The position numbers were made by a program, and so were the translations under genes. Shown piece after piece: positions 24,801 through 37,075 of a stretch of 64,000 nucleotides of DNA. The notes beneath the pieces were generated by a model that saw only the letters and a list, made by a program, of their open reading frames with translations, was not told the DNA's origin and did not search any database. Position 1 is the stretch's first letter, and each line of letters opens with the position of its first letter. This stretch comes from Neoechinorhynchus agilis (taxonomy: Eukaryota > Animalia > Acanthocephala), in assembly GCA_051530055.1 (NCBI GenBank), contig CM121343.1:5240389-5304388 (forward strand), read 5' to 3'.

Positions 24801-26496
24801 ACCAAAGGGGACGAAATACCTCGTTGAAGGGAGGAGGAAACTCACTGATGAGTCCCACCTCCTCCTGGGGAGATATCCGAGGAATGTACAAACTCAGCCA
24901 GATTTAAACTTTGAGGAAGTATTGAATTATTTTCATCTTATGTTACATTTTTCTCTCTAAGTGTTAGCCCCAACTTTGGTCAAAGGGTTCGAATCCGTTA
25001 CCGCTGACGATGCACAACCAAAGGGGACGAAATACCTCTTTGAAGGGAGGAGGAAACTCACTGATGAGTCCCACCTCCTCCTGAGGAGGTATCTGGGGAA
25101 TGTACAAACTCAGCCAGATTTAAACCTTGAGGAAGTATTGAATTATTTTTATCTTATGTTACATTTTTCAATCTCTAAGTGTTAGCCCCAACTTTGGTCA
25201 AAGGGTTCGAATCCGTTACCGCTCATGATGATGCACAACCAAAGGGGACGAAATACCTCTTTGAAGGGAGGAGGAAACTCACTGATGAGTCCCACCTCCT
25301 CCTGGGGATATATCCGAGGAATGTACAAACTCAGCCAGATTTAAACTTTGAGGAAGTATTGAATTATTTTCATCTTATGTTACATTTTTCTCTCTAAGTG
25401 TTAGCCCCAGTTTTTATCAAAGGGTTCGAATCCGTTACCGCTGACGATGCACAACCAAAGGGGACGAAATACCTCGTTGAAGGGAGGAGGAAACTCACTG
25501 ATGAGTCCCACCTCCTCCTGAGGAGGTATCTGGGGAATGTACAAACTCAGCCAGATTTAAACCTTGAGGAAGTATTGAATTATTTTTATCCTATGTTACA
25601 TTTTTCTCTCTAAGTGTTAGCCCCAACTTTGGTCAAAGGGTTCGAATCCGTTACCGCTGACGATGCACAACCAAAGGGGACGAAATACTTCGCTGAAGGG
25701 AGGAGGGAACTCACTAATGGCGGCAATCCGAAGATCTGGAGTGTTGAGTACAAACTCATGACCGCGTCCCATGGATCAGCAGCAGAGTGTTAAGTGTGTG
25801 ATTTTATGCGCTTTTCTCTGACCAAGGAAAAAACTATGAGCCATGAAAAAAAGGCTACAGATGGAAACTGAGTAAAAGTTACCAGCTTTCGCGACTTCAA
25901 AAATAATATTTACTGTAGACGCGATTGAGGCGAGCCATTGACTGTAATTTGTGGATGACAGAGTGCTCAATGTTATAAAAGCCTTACTTAAAAGAATCCA
26001 CACTGAGAAATCTGATCCAGAGGACATTGTTATTTGGATAGTTAAATTGTGTGGGGATCGCCATTAGGAGGTTTGGATCTTCCTTAGCCACTTTTTTCGG
26101 AACGCGGACGCTACTGCACTGCGCGCCTATCAAAATGTATTGAGTTAATGCCTACACTGATGGTTGCGTTTAGACCGAGAGGATTAAAGAAACGACGACC
26201 TTCAAATGGAGACACACTGTTGGCTCACTGACCAATGACTCATAGCACATAAATAAGCTATTTGAATATAGACGGCACTGACATGCCTTCCATCGTCGGC
26301 GGCATATTCCGAAATCTTCAAAACACACAGAAAATATGTGTTTGTGTGTGACAAAACCACGAATCCAGTACTCACCTTTGTAAATGCTGAGAAACCCAGA
26401 AATTATCAAGTCGGGAACATTGACGTCCGACCGTTTGCACTGATCAAAGCGTCCTTGCACCCGATGCTGCTCTAACGAATCATTACTATTCGGCAT
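21828..26496 (-). CDS. PH-domain protein (evectin/PLEKHB-like), with a ~3.58-kb intron at 22331-25913
   Basis: Hand-spliced IISGFLSIYKDFGICRRRWKACQCRLYSNSLFMCYE...WIRFLSVDSFNQWLASI is PH-like. Late hydrophobic GLAIGTIASKVIF. GT-AG introns have consistent phases. Confidence 0.65.
22381..25876. mobile_element. Block bounded by ~200-bp inverted repeats (22381-~22590 / ~25670-25876), enclosing the hammerhead satellite
   Basis: The left arm tttactcagtttc..gaagtatttcg is the reverse complement of the right arm cgaaatacttc..gaaactgagtaaa. No TSD seen. Confidence 0.85.
22724..25700 (+). repeat. 216-bp tandem satellite (~14 copies) with a Pol III B box and permuted hammerhead ribozyme core
   Basis: Each unit has GGTTCGAATCC, gggac-GAAA-tacctc and ctca-CTGATGA-gtccc; most units also have gaggta-TC. 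Explains the repeated 71-aa ORFs. Confidence 0.92.
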
Positions 26497-27131
26497 ATTC
26501 TGAAGAATATTGAACGAAAGAGACACCAAAGAGAGCCGTCAAAGAAACAAAAACAACGAAAGCGACACCAGAGAGCCGTGGACGACAAAAACCTCGCTTT
26601 TCTCTCACTTATTCGGGAAAAACAACCATATCCACAAAAGAACGAGATGCAAATCGGGAAGAATCGTAAACTAATCTTGCCCGTGACGTCATATTAAATG
26701 TTCTATTTGCAATGTAAATCATAGGCTTTATTTTGAAGATATAAACATGATTATTCGCCGTATTCTCAATTCAGTTCGCTTCAAATCTCACGTCACAGTC
26801 GAATGTTCTTCCAGATTCAACTGTTTCAAAACGAGACAGCAAAGTGAGAACATTTTGAACCTTAAATACAACGGGAAATTTTTATTCTTTTGCTGATTGA
26901 AAACATTCCTCCAATTTTATTAAGTTCTGCGATTTGATACGTCCAATGGCACGTAATAAGAGAGAGCTCTTTCTTCCCAAAATAGAAAATTCATGATTGC
27001 AAATCAGTTTTCAGGTGGAATTGACACAAACGCGAATAAGTGTTTGAAAGTGCGCTAAAACAGAGAACCGCTCTTTCGAATCTCTTAATTTTGTGTTTAG
27101 TCATTTGGCATTTTATCGATTTATCGCCGCG

Positions 27132-27488
27132 ATGAAGTTGGTTCGGTTCGTGATGAAGCTTTCGCGAGAGACGGTTACTATTGAGCTAAAGAATGGCGCC
27201 GTTGTAACTGGGACCGTTTCTGGCGTTGACATGAGTATGAATATCCACTTAAAGACCGCTCGAATGGCTCCAAAGGGCTGCGAAGGTGTGAACTTGGATT
27301 TCATAACAATAAGAGGAAATAATATTCGGTATATTCTTTTACCGGACAGTCTTCCACTCGACACTTTACTCATTGACGATTTGCCGAAAACCAAAGTGAA
27401 AAAGAAGGAACGGATGGGAGCCAGCAGAGGCCGAGGACGTGGACGAGGCAGAGGAAGAGGAAGGGTCCGTGGTCGTGGCCGGTCATGA
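27132..27488 (+). CDS. SNRPD1: Small nuclear ribonucleoprotein Sm D1, intronless
   Basis: [48 protein letters not shown] followed by a GR-repeat tail. Confidence 0.97.
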   Translation: MKLVRFVMKLSRETVTIELKNGAVVTGTVSGVDMSMNIHLKTARMAPKGCEGVNLDFITIRGNNIRYILLPDSLPLDTLLIDDLPKTKVKKKERMGASRGRGRGRGRGRGRVRGRGRS

Positions 27489-28539
27489 GCGCTGTATTCG
27501 AAAATAAACCATGTTCGTCAATATGAGCTTTCTTTTAAGGGGGAATCCTTATCGATTTAATCGAGAAAAAAAGAGAATTATCTTTAAAAGGAGGAGCATG
27601 TTAGATTGCTGCCATAAAACCATGGAGCCAAAATGATTTTACTTCACCAATGATGATACCGAATTAAAAAAATTAACAAAGCGTTTATTATTCTGAGCTT
27701 GAAGTAGTTGATGGTTTTAGCCTATTATGGATTAATCATCGGTAGACGGATTGTTGAAAAAACTTGCAAGCATTGACTGAGGAGGAGGTTAGGTTACCTC
27801 CTTCGGTCTATTTCCCCTATAAATCAAATACATGTTATGACCGGTTGATTATTTTCAATAAAAGTCTAATAAAATGGATTGCTGTGTATGATGATAAAGA
27901 GCGGCGGAGATAATTATTAATGGCGATTGTGCGCGAGCACAACACTTGTAATCCTAATTCGTTTCATCCTCCCTCAACCTCGCATATCCCTATATCTACG
28001 CTCTTTTTCCATGCTACCCAATCTTCTCGAATGTCATAACTTGAAATGATTCTGAGGAAAGACCAACCTTACAAGCGCTCCTGCAAACAATAACCACCAA
28101 TTCCCACTAGAACGGACCTTCCAACCCAACCGGATATTCTCAAACCAACGGACATCCCCCGGACCAGATATTAACACCCGAACGGACCTTCCAACCCTAC
28201 CGGATATTCTCTATCGAACGGACATCCTTCGACTGGATATTCCCGTCCTAACGGATACGCTTTTTGAACAACTCTGAACTCGAGTGCTTATGAGGACTCA
28301 AGGCTAAATGGGTTTTTTTACGAATAAACGTGTTATTATTAATTGCCGACGAAAAACACGGAATGTGTATTGGACGCAATTTTGTAATTCAAGTGCGATT
28401 TAATGGAGATTCAATTGAGTGTTCGTGTTTCTCGTTGAAATAAGAGAACTTAAGTATTGAACAAAAATGGACGGTCCGTCTTACGCTCCTCATTCATGCA
28501 CTCATGCGCGATCATCGCCACCACCACCACAAAGTTTGA

Positions 28540-30314
28540 TCAAACGGCGTTCACTTTTTGCTCATCGTGTGTATTGGTCTTTTTTTTCGTACATTGTTGT
28601 TGTTCTGATTGCCGGCAGCAGTGTTCATCGTCGTCGTCATCGTCGTCGTTGACGCAATCGCCGTTCTCCTCATTGCTACCGGGGAATCCCAAGGGATTGT
28701 TAGTGACCTCCTTATCAAAACTCTCTAGTTTATCAAATTCAACATACATCTCTTTTTTCACTTTCCTCCACGTTTTGGGATCAAAAACATTAAACTGTCC
28801 GTATTCGCATGCCTGCGTCTTGTTCAGAGGTTCAGAATTGGGTATTCTTGAAAACCAAGTACAGTCAGAAGGCAAATACATCCAACCCCGTTTTCGTAGT
28901 TCTTTTGCCGCCAGTGGTTGTATGAAGTCTCCGTTGAAATTGAAGAAAATATATAGAAGCGTGTCGTCCGCGCATTTGGACATTGCGAACGGGCACAGTT
29001 GGTGCCGCACACTTCGGAAAACTTCATACTCGTTCGGGATTGAGTGCTCGATGCGGTGTAACGAGCCCGAGTTTATGTCGAACGGAGAATGGAATCCACT
29101 ATGCAATACGTCCGGTTGATTGATTTTTATACCTAATCGCGTCAGATCCATATCGATCACATGATTCGGATCAAAAGGCATCTTCCCCAACCTAATCATG
29201 TTGCTACTGCAAAAGCCGGCATTGACTGTACGTCGCTGCATAGAATGGCATGAGGCTTCCTCATGATTATACTTAACAATTCCACCAGAGATGCGGTTCC
29301 GTACGGAGAACAATGGGCTATTTGGGCGTAGGTGGTCGCCGCAGCCACCACCACTGCTGCTGCTGACGAAGAAGACGAAGACGACGGCATCACTACCAAT
29401 GGCGGCGGCTTCTGCTGGTACGCGGGTCCGTGATTGGACACCACAGACGATGGCTGCTGCTGCGGCGGAAGCGAAGGCATTGTTACAGCATGTCCATTGC
29501 CGTAACAATAATAACCCGTATTTCGGGTCGCCGGAGCAGAATGCAGGTAGTATTGTTGGTGGTGCTGCTGCTGCTGCTGGTGGTGATGATGATTGGTTAA
29601 AAAGTTATTCGACTGCTGCTGCTGCTGATGGTGATGATGATGATGGTTGCCTGCATTTTGTTGCTGAGTATCCCCCGTAGTTCGGTCGTATGAGTTTGCA
29701 AGGCTGGGAAAGTCATCCATTCTGACTTCGAATCCTCGATCAAGGATTTGCTGAGTTTGCCGAGGACACTCTATGGGAACATGAAGTTAGCAAGGGCATG
29801 TTAGAGGATGTTGCTTACCTTGTTGTTGTTGTTGATGATGGTGGTGATGATGATGAAATTGCTGGTGCCTTGATCGATCTTGGTGATCAGGACGATAAGG
29901 CCCTTGCTGTGATTGACGACCTGAAGGTATCGCCGCCGCCGTTGCAGTAGGTCCAATGACTCCTCCACTTTGTCCTCCTCCTCCTCCTCCTCCCCAATGG
30001 TGATGATGGTGGTGGCCGGATGATGGACCACCACCACCACCAGCAGCAACAGTCATCGCTCCTGGATTGAATGCGGATGTAGTAGAAGTAGTGATTATGG
30101 GAGTATTGGGTGGTGTCTGTCTTCGAAAAGAAGGTCCAACGTGGGTTTCCGATTGAAATCGACTCCGATCCACCGCTCTTGACATCAAACTGGACACTTC
30201 TTCGTCATTCCGATCACAGGCTCCCTGGGTACTTGTCAATTTAAGCGCAAACCCCCCCCGACGACCTGAACTGACCATTCTTCTCAGCTGATTCTGGTGA
30301 CTGTACTCCTGCAT
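28540..30314 (-). CDS. CNOT2: CCR4-NOT subunit 2 (NOT box) with long H/Q/G low-complexity N-terminus
   Basis: Motifs DDFPSL, DLTRLG, LLYIFFNFNGDFIQPLAAKELRKRGW and FDPKTWRKVKKE. gtaagc..catag intron near 29.8 kb; second intron near 29.2 kb. Confidence 0.88.
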
Positions 30315-30361
30315 ATCTAAAAAATAGAAGAAAACATAACATGACGATCACAACCATTAAT

Positions 30362-30982
30362 TCAGTGTTTTTGATCACGATCGGTAAACAAGAAATTATT
30401 CAATTCGACTGATATGGCATTCATGACGTTTACACGGAATATATCCGGTCTTTGGGACTCCTTTCGGTGACGGACCATTTGAGAGTTTTTCTTTGATCCA
30501 GAACGAGCTGCCGATTGATGGGAACGTTTTTGTACTCGTGTGCTTCTACTGTCACCGCTGCTTAAATTTGACGTCATCACCGAATCGATTTTAGTCAAAT
30601 GTGCCTGTACGTGCCGATTGAGCGCTTCTAGACTCTTGAACCGTTGCCCGCACTCGTCCATTATGCACTTCAACGGCCTACTGCCTTGGGGGCAATGCGT
30701 CAAAACGTGCCCCTCGATGTATTTTCGGCTCGTAGATTGACGACCGTAAAATCGACATCCTTCCCATAAACACTCGTACTTGGTCTTGTCCAAACCCGAG
30801 TAAACGTGAACACCAAGAAGATGACCGTGCCAATCGTCCTCAACGTCCATCTCAACACCACAATCCACCCACTTAAACCCCGATCATTCGAATAAACTCC
30901 CGCAACCACCCGTGCGAATGATCGGTGGTCCACAACGATCTCGTTCGGTCGAACGCGTCATCAATCCTCCTCCGACCACCAT
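30362..30982 (-). CDS. AEBP2: AEBP2/Jing-like C2H2 zinc-finger protein (5' end uncertain)
   Basis: Three fingers: C-KWVDC..H....HV, YECLWEGC..YGRQSTSRKYIEGHV..H and PLKCIMDECGQRF....L.RHV..H. Confidence 0.75.
30875..30931 (-). other. Candidate non-canonical hairpin intron, 57 nt (GG...TT as written)
   Basis: Contains an in-frame TGA. Removal restores the first zinc-finger Cys (RDRC-KWVDC). Perfect 11-bp stem ccgatcattcg/cgaatgatcgg extends via ggacc/ggttt to the very ends. Confidence 0.7.
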
Positions 30983-32131
30983 CCAACAACAACAACAACA
31001 AAAACGGAGCCCAACTCGAAACAAACACTTTTGACCTTTCTTCCATCAGTACACGTCAGCCACTGGCCAAAAACACGCATTTCACCACAAAACAACAACG
31101 CGGCCCATCCTTATACACGTCAGCAAGCGGCCATCACATTATATTCCACTCACAATTCTTCCGCAATCTAAAAACATTCAAATCAATCATGTGACCGCCT
31201 TTTGCTCTTTGAGAGCAAACCAAATCCACGTTCGATGAACGCAAAACCTTACACATATCTTCTAAACTCCATTTCATCCAAAATCGAGTGATTCGAATTT
31301 CTATACCCTGTGGACCATGACGTACGCTTTTGTCAAATTCTTTCGAGGTATTGACCAGTTCTTGACCCTGTAGAACAAGAAACTTTTTCCGAATGGAATC
31401 AAATTCCGATAATCATTGAGCTTTTATCTTTAGTCAAACCTATACAGGAATTTTAAGTCATAAATCAACGTTATAATGTTCCTTTGCCTTTTTACGGTGC
31501 CGCCTGAGCTAAAACCATCGCCGCTGCCCCTTTTTCCCACCGACACGGCGGAAGAAGAAACTCTCGGACCCAACGATGTCAACTGAGCGGTGTTGTTTGT
31601 TTTTCGGCCACAACCGAACTCGATGGAGGAGGATATTGCAAAAAATATGCTCGAATTTGTGCTGATGACGCCTCTGAAGGAAGCTTTTTTGTAACGAATT
31701 CTCGCCGGACACATCGGTCTCAAGAAACGTCTGAAGCTACTTTGTTTCGAACTGTGATCTTTAAAGTTTACGTAAATGAGCACAATGGCCAATTTTGCAC
31801 TCAATGCGTAACCGACCGGTTGTGATTTGTTCCGTGCAAGGGATTTAAGGCGCGGCTACACTCGTCGTAGCCATAAACGATGAAGTAAAAATGATTATCG
31901 ATTAGATTCCAATATTTCCTTTTTAGAAAACCTTCAGTCTATGAACCGAAAAGGAGCCTAAAAGGTTGTCCAGGAAACGTTCGGACTTCAAAGGAAACAT
32001 CCAACCGACAAATAACAAAGAGCAAACATTAATCTTCATTTTTTTTAAAATCGTTTATTTACTTTGTGACAAACTTGCGAAACAATAGACCGAAGAATGC
32101 CTACGCGAAGGCCGAAAATTATCAAATATTG

Positions 32132-34744
32132 TTGAAAATAAAATCCATATGTTTGAGATATGGAAATTTGAAGAAAGAATTAATTTATTGAATTGAATAT
32201 TTCGATCCAAACTAGGATCTTCTTCAGCAATTCTAAAAAAGAGAGGCAGGGAATGCCAAAAACTATCACACGTTGATCTTATCGGGTGGAATCCGAAGCT
32301 TCAATCTGTAATCCGGCTTGTTTCCATCAAAAATGGATGACGACTGGATATACACAGCTTCCATGACCACACGACTGAATCGATCGTGACTTCGTAATAA
32401 CACTTGTGTGTTATCAAAATCGATATGATGTCCAGTATTCACAACGTGTGAGACCACTGCAGAACTCAAGTCATTCTTTCTAATTATCGATCGCCTGTTC
32501 TCTTGAATTCTCCTATTTAGATCGTTCGTTTGTCCGATGTAGCCTGATTACATTCACTACATGGGATCTTATATACTGATCCAGATTGAGGCTCGTCTTT
32601 TTGTTGGGACAAAGCAGTGTGTAAATTACGTCCCTTCCGACAATACACATCTACCAGGGTACTGCTAATACCTGTTTGTAGTGTCCTCTGCATCTTCCTG
32701 AACAAGGATTCATCGTGGAAGGGGACCTCTAGGAAAATCTTCTCTTTCTTCGCATTAGAAACATTCCCGTGGCTGCGTCTCACTCCTTCAAGGCATCTTT
32801 GTACCAAATGTAGAGGATACCCGAGTCTGCCCGACAAGTCGAATAGGAAATTAAGCCCTTCATCCCGTATAAATTCCTCACTACAGTGTGTAAAAGCTCT
32901 GTGAAATAAACATATAATCCTAGACATTTTGTATTTTTGCGGTTGCATTGAGCTCCATGGAACAAAACGATGCGGGACACCATATTTCCTATACACGCTC
33001 GTTGTGTATGAATTCTCCCTTCGTTCAATTGATACATCGAGAAACGAAAAATATCCTCGTTCTTCAATGTCCATTGTCCACTGTATGTGTTCGTCCTTAC
33101 CATTCAGCTGATTGTGAAGCTCCTCAGGAGACAGGACAGAAGAGTCTAGCAATATGAAGGTATCATCCACATATCTAATCCAGAATGCGATCCCAGGGAT
33201 GGCTTTTAGGAAATCAGATTCCCATTGCCTCATATATAACTCAGCTAAGATAGGAGCTAGAGGACTTCCCATTGCCAAGCCATCTTTTTGGTCATAGTCG
33301 CATCCCTCGAATTGAAAATTGGAAAATCTGGTACAGAACTGTAAAAGTTTTTTCCAATCAGTTTTAGTAAGTTTCCATTCATTGTTAAGTACAAGCAAAG
33401 GAATAGCTAGATTGATCGCACGATTCACAGGAATTTTTGTGAAGAGGGACGTAACATCAGCAGAAACCATTGTGTAAGTAGAACCCCAATTAGAGCGAAG
33501 TCTTGATATGAAATCCTTACCATTATCAATAGTATTATCGGAAGATCCCATTATACTACGCAGCATATCTGCTATTTTTCGGGACATATCAGTACAGAAT
33601 GCCGAGTGGGCAGCCACTATAGGTCGAAACCTAATAGGGTTTTTGTGTACCTTGGCGAGAAGGTATAGTCTGGGCGTTTTTGCACCAGTAGAGCGAAGTG
33701 CTTTATAATCATCAGGAGGAAGCTTCCCTTGATTTTTCAATCTCAAAATAAATGAGTTGAATTCCCTTTCACGACTTTTTGTTTGGCATGTACTGAGCTG
33801 CTCAAACTCATTACCGTTGAGGATTTCAAGGCCTGCTTCTCGATATTGTTGTGAATTCGTAATACAATATCCATACCCCTTATCGATCTTGACCAAAACT
33901 ACATCATTGATGTCCCTGAGAAGGTCCATTCCACGCTGCATTCTCCGGGAGATGTTAGAGTTAACATTCCTATTTTTAATAAATGAATCATAGTACTGTT
34001 CTATCTTCCAAGTTGGTATATTCAGATTATCATATTCGAGTCGCGTTGCAAGTTTCTCTAGCTTGATTCTGTATTCAAACTTCTTAGGTGGCGTATAAGG
34101 AATGAAATCGGGACCATAACTAAGTAGCTCCAGTACTTCGTCTGGCAGAATAATGTTCGACATATTATATACCTCATTCTTGTGATCAGAAGCAGTATAA
34201 AATCTATTCTGGGTCAGTCGATTAAGCTTTCGAATATGGCGATTCAAAATACCTTTTTCTTCGATATCCATGTGATCTTTGACACAGAACTCTACAAGTT
34301 GGCAATATTCTGAACTTATCCATCTATTGACATTCTCTATGCAGTTATTATAGGAGATCGAATTGTTTTTGACATTGTTGACCATACATGAAATAGTATT
34401 ATCAAGCATGCGCTCCATCATGTACTTTTTCCGTAGCGAATTGTCAAAACCAAGAGCAGGTGATCTTAGATGAAGGAAACTTGGAAAAACACCATAGTTT
34501 TTGCAGTCCCTTAAGAAATCAAGAGCCATCAGTGATCTCATATTCCTCAGACCAAATTTGTCCAATTCCCTTACCGCTTGAAGAGCAGACTCCCCATATA
34601 TCTGCTTTATACTGTTGAAAATAAAATCCATATGTTTGAGATATGGGAATTTGAAGAAAGAATTAATTTATTGAATTGAATATTTCGATCCAAACTAGGA
34701 TCTTCTTCAGCAATTTCTTTCTTCAAATTCCCATATCTCAAACA
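32132..34744 (-). mobile_element. Penelope-like retroelement: RT + GIY-YIG endonuclease, one frameshift, ~100-bp terminal direct repeats
   Basis: 704-aa ORF with RT motifs (RPIV, SADVTSLFT, GLAMGSPLAP, WIRYVDDT, FLDV). VYKIPC..C continues as YIGQT..L.RRI in another frame after ~32546. Direct repeats at 32132-32233 and 34613-34715. Confidence 0.93.
34633..34744 (-). ncRNA. Hammerhead-like ribozyme motif in the Penelope terminal repeat, closed by a ~30-bp stem
   Basis: ctgaaga-a-gatcc-tagttt-ggatc-gaaa is flanked by the IR tgtttgagatatgggaatttgaagaaagaa. Stem III / UH junction is only 2 bp and imperfect. Confidence 0.55.
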
Positions 34745-34882
34745 ATTATCAAATAAATAACGTCCGTCGCAACAGCATCCGCGGCTCGCTCCGCTCACCG
34801 GCAAGGAGGACCACAGGCTCCCTTTGAAAACGTTCCCGCAATAGTCACCAGGGGAACACCGGAAAGATTGCACTCCAATAGT

Positions 34883-37075
34883 TCAAACTTCAGTGCGATT
34901 GCGGACTCTATCTAGGGAGGCATTTTGCATGCCACAACCACGTCCGCCGCGCCGACTGTTTCGCTCGCTGGTGAGCGGGTGCCCAGCCTCCAATGCAAAT
35001 CGGTCAAATGCAGTGTTTGTCTTCGCGACTTCAAGCCAACTCTCAGTGGTCTCGTCCGCTTCCACAGTCGACATGGGTCGGATTGCCCTGAATACAGAAA
35101 ACCGCCAACTCAGCCTGCCTCTCCGTCTTCATCCAACCCATCCAATCCAACCGAACTCACAGCGGTGGTCACAGACACGAATGGCCCACCTCCACCACTG
35201 ATCGAGATGCTCTCACACGGTACCCGCATGATTAGACGAATCCCGCGAAGCACCAGGTCCTCCGTAGCCTCCAAATTAGCATGCCTGATCGAGTGCATCG
35301 TACGTGATCCAACCGTACCATCTTACTGGTTCAACCTCCTCGCGTTTCCGAAGGCCGTCTTACGTGTTCCCAGACAAACATCTGGAACCAACGAGAATCA
35401 ATCGCTTAGCCAAAAGATTCGCAACAGGTATGACGCTCTCGAGTCCCTTCAACAAGTAGATCATCTTGGATGGCAGAGCCATCGCCGTGGTGCTACTGAC
35501 GACGCGGATTCTCAACTCCGCGAAATGCTCCGAGAAGCTGGAGGACGGCGATCTGAGGGGTGCCGTTCGACTTGTAAGCGGAACGGACCGCCTACTCGCA
35601 CCGAACAAGGACATCCTTGACTCTTTAAAATTGAAGCACCAGGGTACAGAGCCCGATCGCGACACCCTCATACCATTACAGTCTCCACAGTCACTTCCGC
35701 TCTGATGTCGTTTCCGCCATCGTCAGCTGGAGGGCATGATGGTTTGAGCCCTCGACACTTACGGGATTTGACCTGCTTCTTTTCTGGAGTTCAAGGTACG
35801 CGATTGCTGAACGCAATCACCGAGCTCATAACGCATAATCATTTCGGGTTCCATACCTCCTCCCGTCGCACGTCTACTCTGCGGTGCCAAGCTGATCGCT
35901 TTCACCAAAAAAGGTGGAGGGGTTTGTCCCATTGCCGTGGGTTGTACTTTCCGTCGATTTGCATCCAAAGTCACATGTCAGTTTGCCACCGATCGATTAT
36001 TCGATCAACTCTTGTCGGTTCAATTAGGAGTCGGAGTTCCTGCTGGAGGCGAGGCGGCCGTACATGCAGCACTAGCGTATAGTCGGAATGGTATCAATAA
36101 GGGAACGGCTATGGTCAAGCTTGACATGGAGAACGCGTTCAATTCAATATGCCGCACCGCGATGACAGAGGCTGCCCATCATCACCTACCAGAAATATAC
36201 CAATACGTGTCCTTGCGCTACGACCAATCCAGCATGCTGCTGTTCGGAGAATTCCAGGTCAAATCAGCAGAGGGCGTTTAACAAGGTGATCCTCTAGGTC
36301 CTCTGCTGTTCGCATTGACGATCAATCATCTTGCCCACAGCCCTTTGTCTGAGTTGTCGATCTGGAACCTCAACGACTGTTGCATTGGAGGGGAGATCGA
36401 CCAGCTCATCCGCGACATCAACAGTATCTCTGAGAACGGACAAATGCGAGAGAATTTCGGACGGCCAAGAGGATGCATCTAAACTGCTCACCGTACTACC
36501 CGGAGCAAAGACAACTGCAACCGACTCAGCTGACACTCTCGGGTCTCCAATCGGTAACCTTTACAACCTGGAAACGTTCCTCTCAAAAGCCATCGATCAA
36601 TTGCGCTCACTGCCTCCAGGTTCTTGCACATCGCGCGACACGACGCTCTGTTCATATTATCACGATGTCTGTCGCTGCCGAAGATCGCTTACTTTCTGAG
36701 GACTTCTCCATGCTTCAAGTCAGTGCTCACAAGGGATTTCGACAACTGCGTTCGATCAACCCTGCCAGAAGTCCTTAAACTACGACTGTCCAACACAGCA
36801 TGGAAACAGGCGATGCTTCCCATTCGATTCAGTGGTCTTGGCATCCAGAGTGCCACCAAAGTAGCAATTGCTGCTCTTTTATCATCGATTTCGACCTCTT
36901 CAGACCTGGTGCTGAGAATCATTCCACCACATACTCGATTTGAGTCGCATTCACCACCTGAACTGATCGAAGCGCACGTTCAATGGAAGTCAGTGTTTGG
37001 ACAGGTCGTTCCAACGGAAACAAATTCCCAAAAACGTTGGACACGTCCTATCAGCAGTTTCTCAACTCATGCTCA
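34883..37075 (+). mobile_element. Decayed non-LTR retrotransposon of CRE/SLACS/R2-like type (Zn finger + RT), 3' truncated
   Basis: Motifs CSVCLRDF..H, SAGGHDGLSPRHL, PIAVGCTFRR, QLGVGVPAGGEA, KLDMENAFNSI and GV*QGDPLGPLLF. Several frameshifts and a stop. Confidence 0.85.

Noticed and set aside
22724-25613. Repeated 71-aa ORFs (MLAPTLVKG...) and a CRISPR-like appearance
   Set aside because: They start at GTG and arise from the satellite. Units are near-identical with no unique spacers, and the context is eukaryotic with no cas genes.
29190-29275. Possible non-canonical (GT..AT) intron in CNOT2 with a taatcatg/catgatta repeat
   Set aside because: An in-phase GT-AG solution (gttaag..tgcag or ..gtag) exists at a cost of only 2-3 aa, and the repeat is not at the junctions.
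2717-30886. Stop-codon reassignment as an explanation for the in-frame TGAs inside insertions
   Set aside because: Other insertions use TAA/TAG or shift frame, normal genes end in TGA, and read-through would leave long inserts within conserved motifs.
34760-34880. Possible HDV-like ribozyme at the 5' end of the CRE/R2-like element
   Set aside because: GC-rich, but I could not assemble a consistent P1-P4 pseudoknot by eye.
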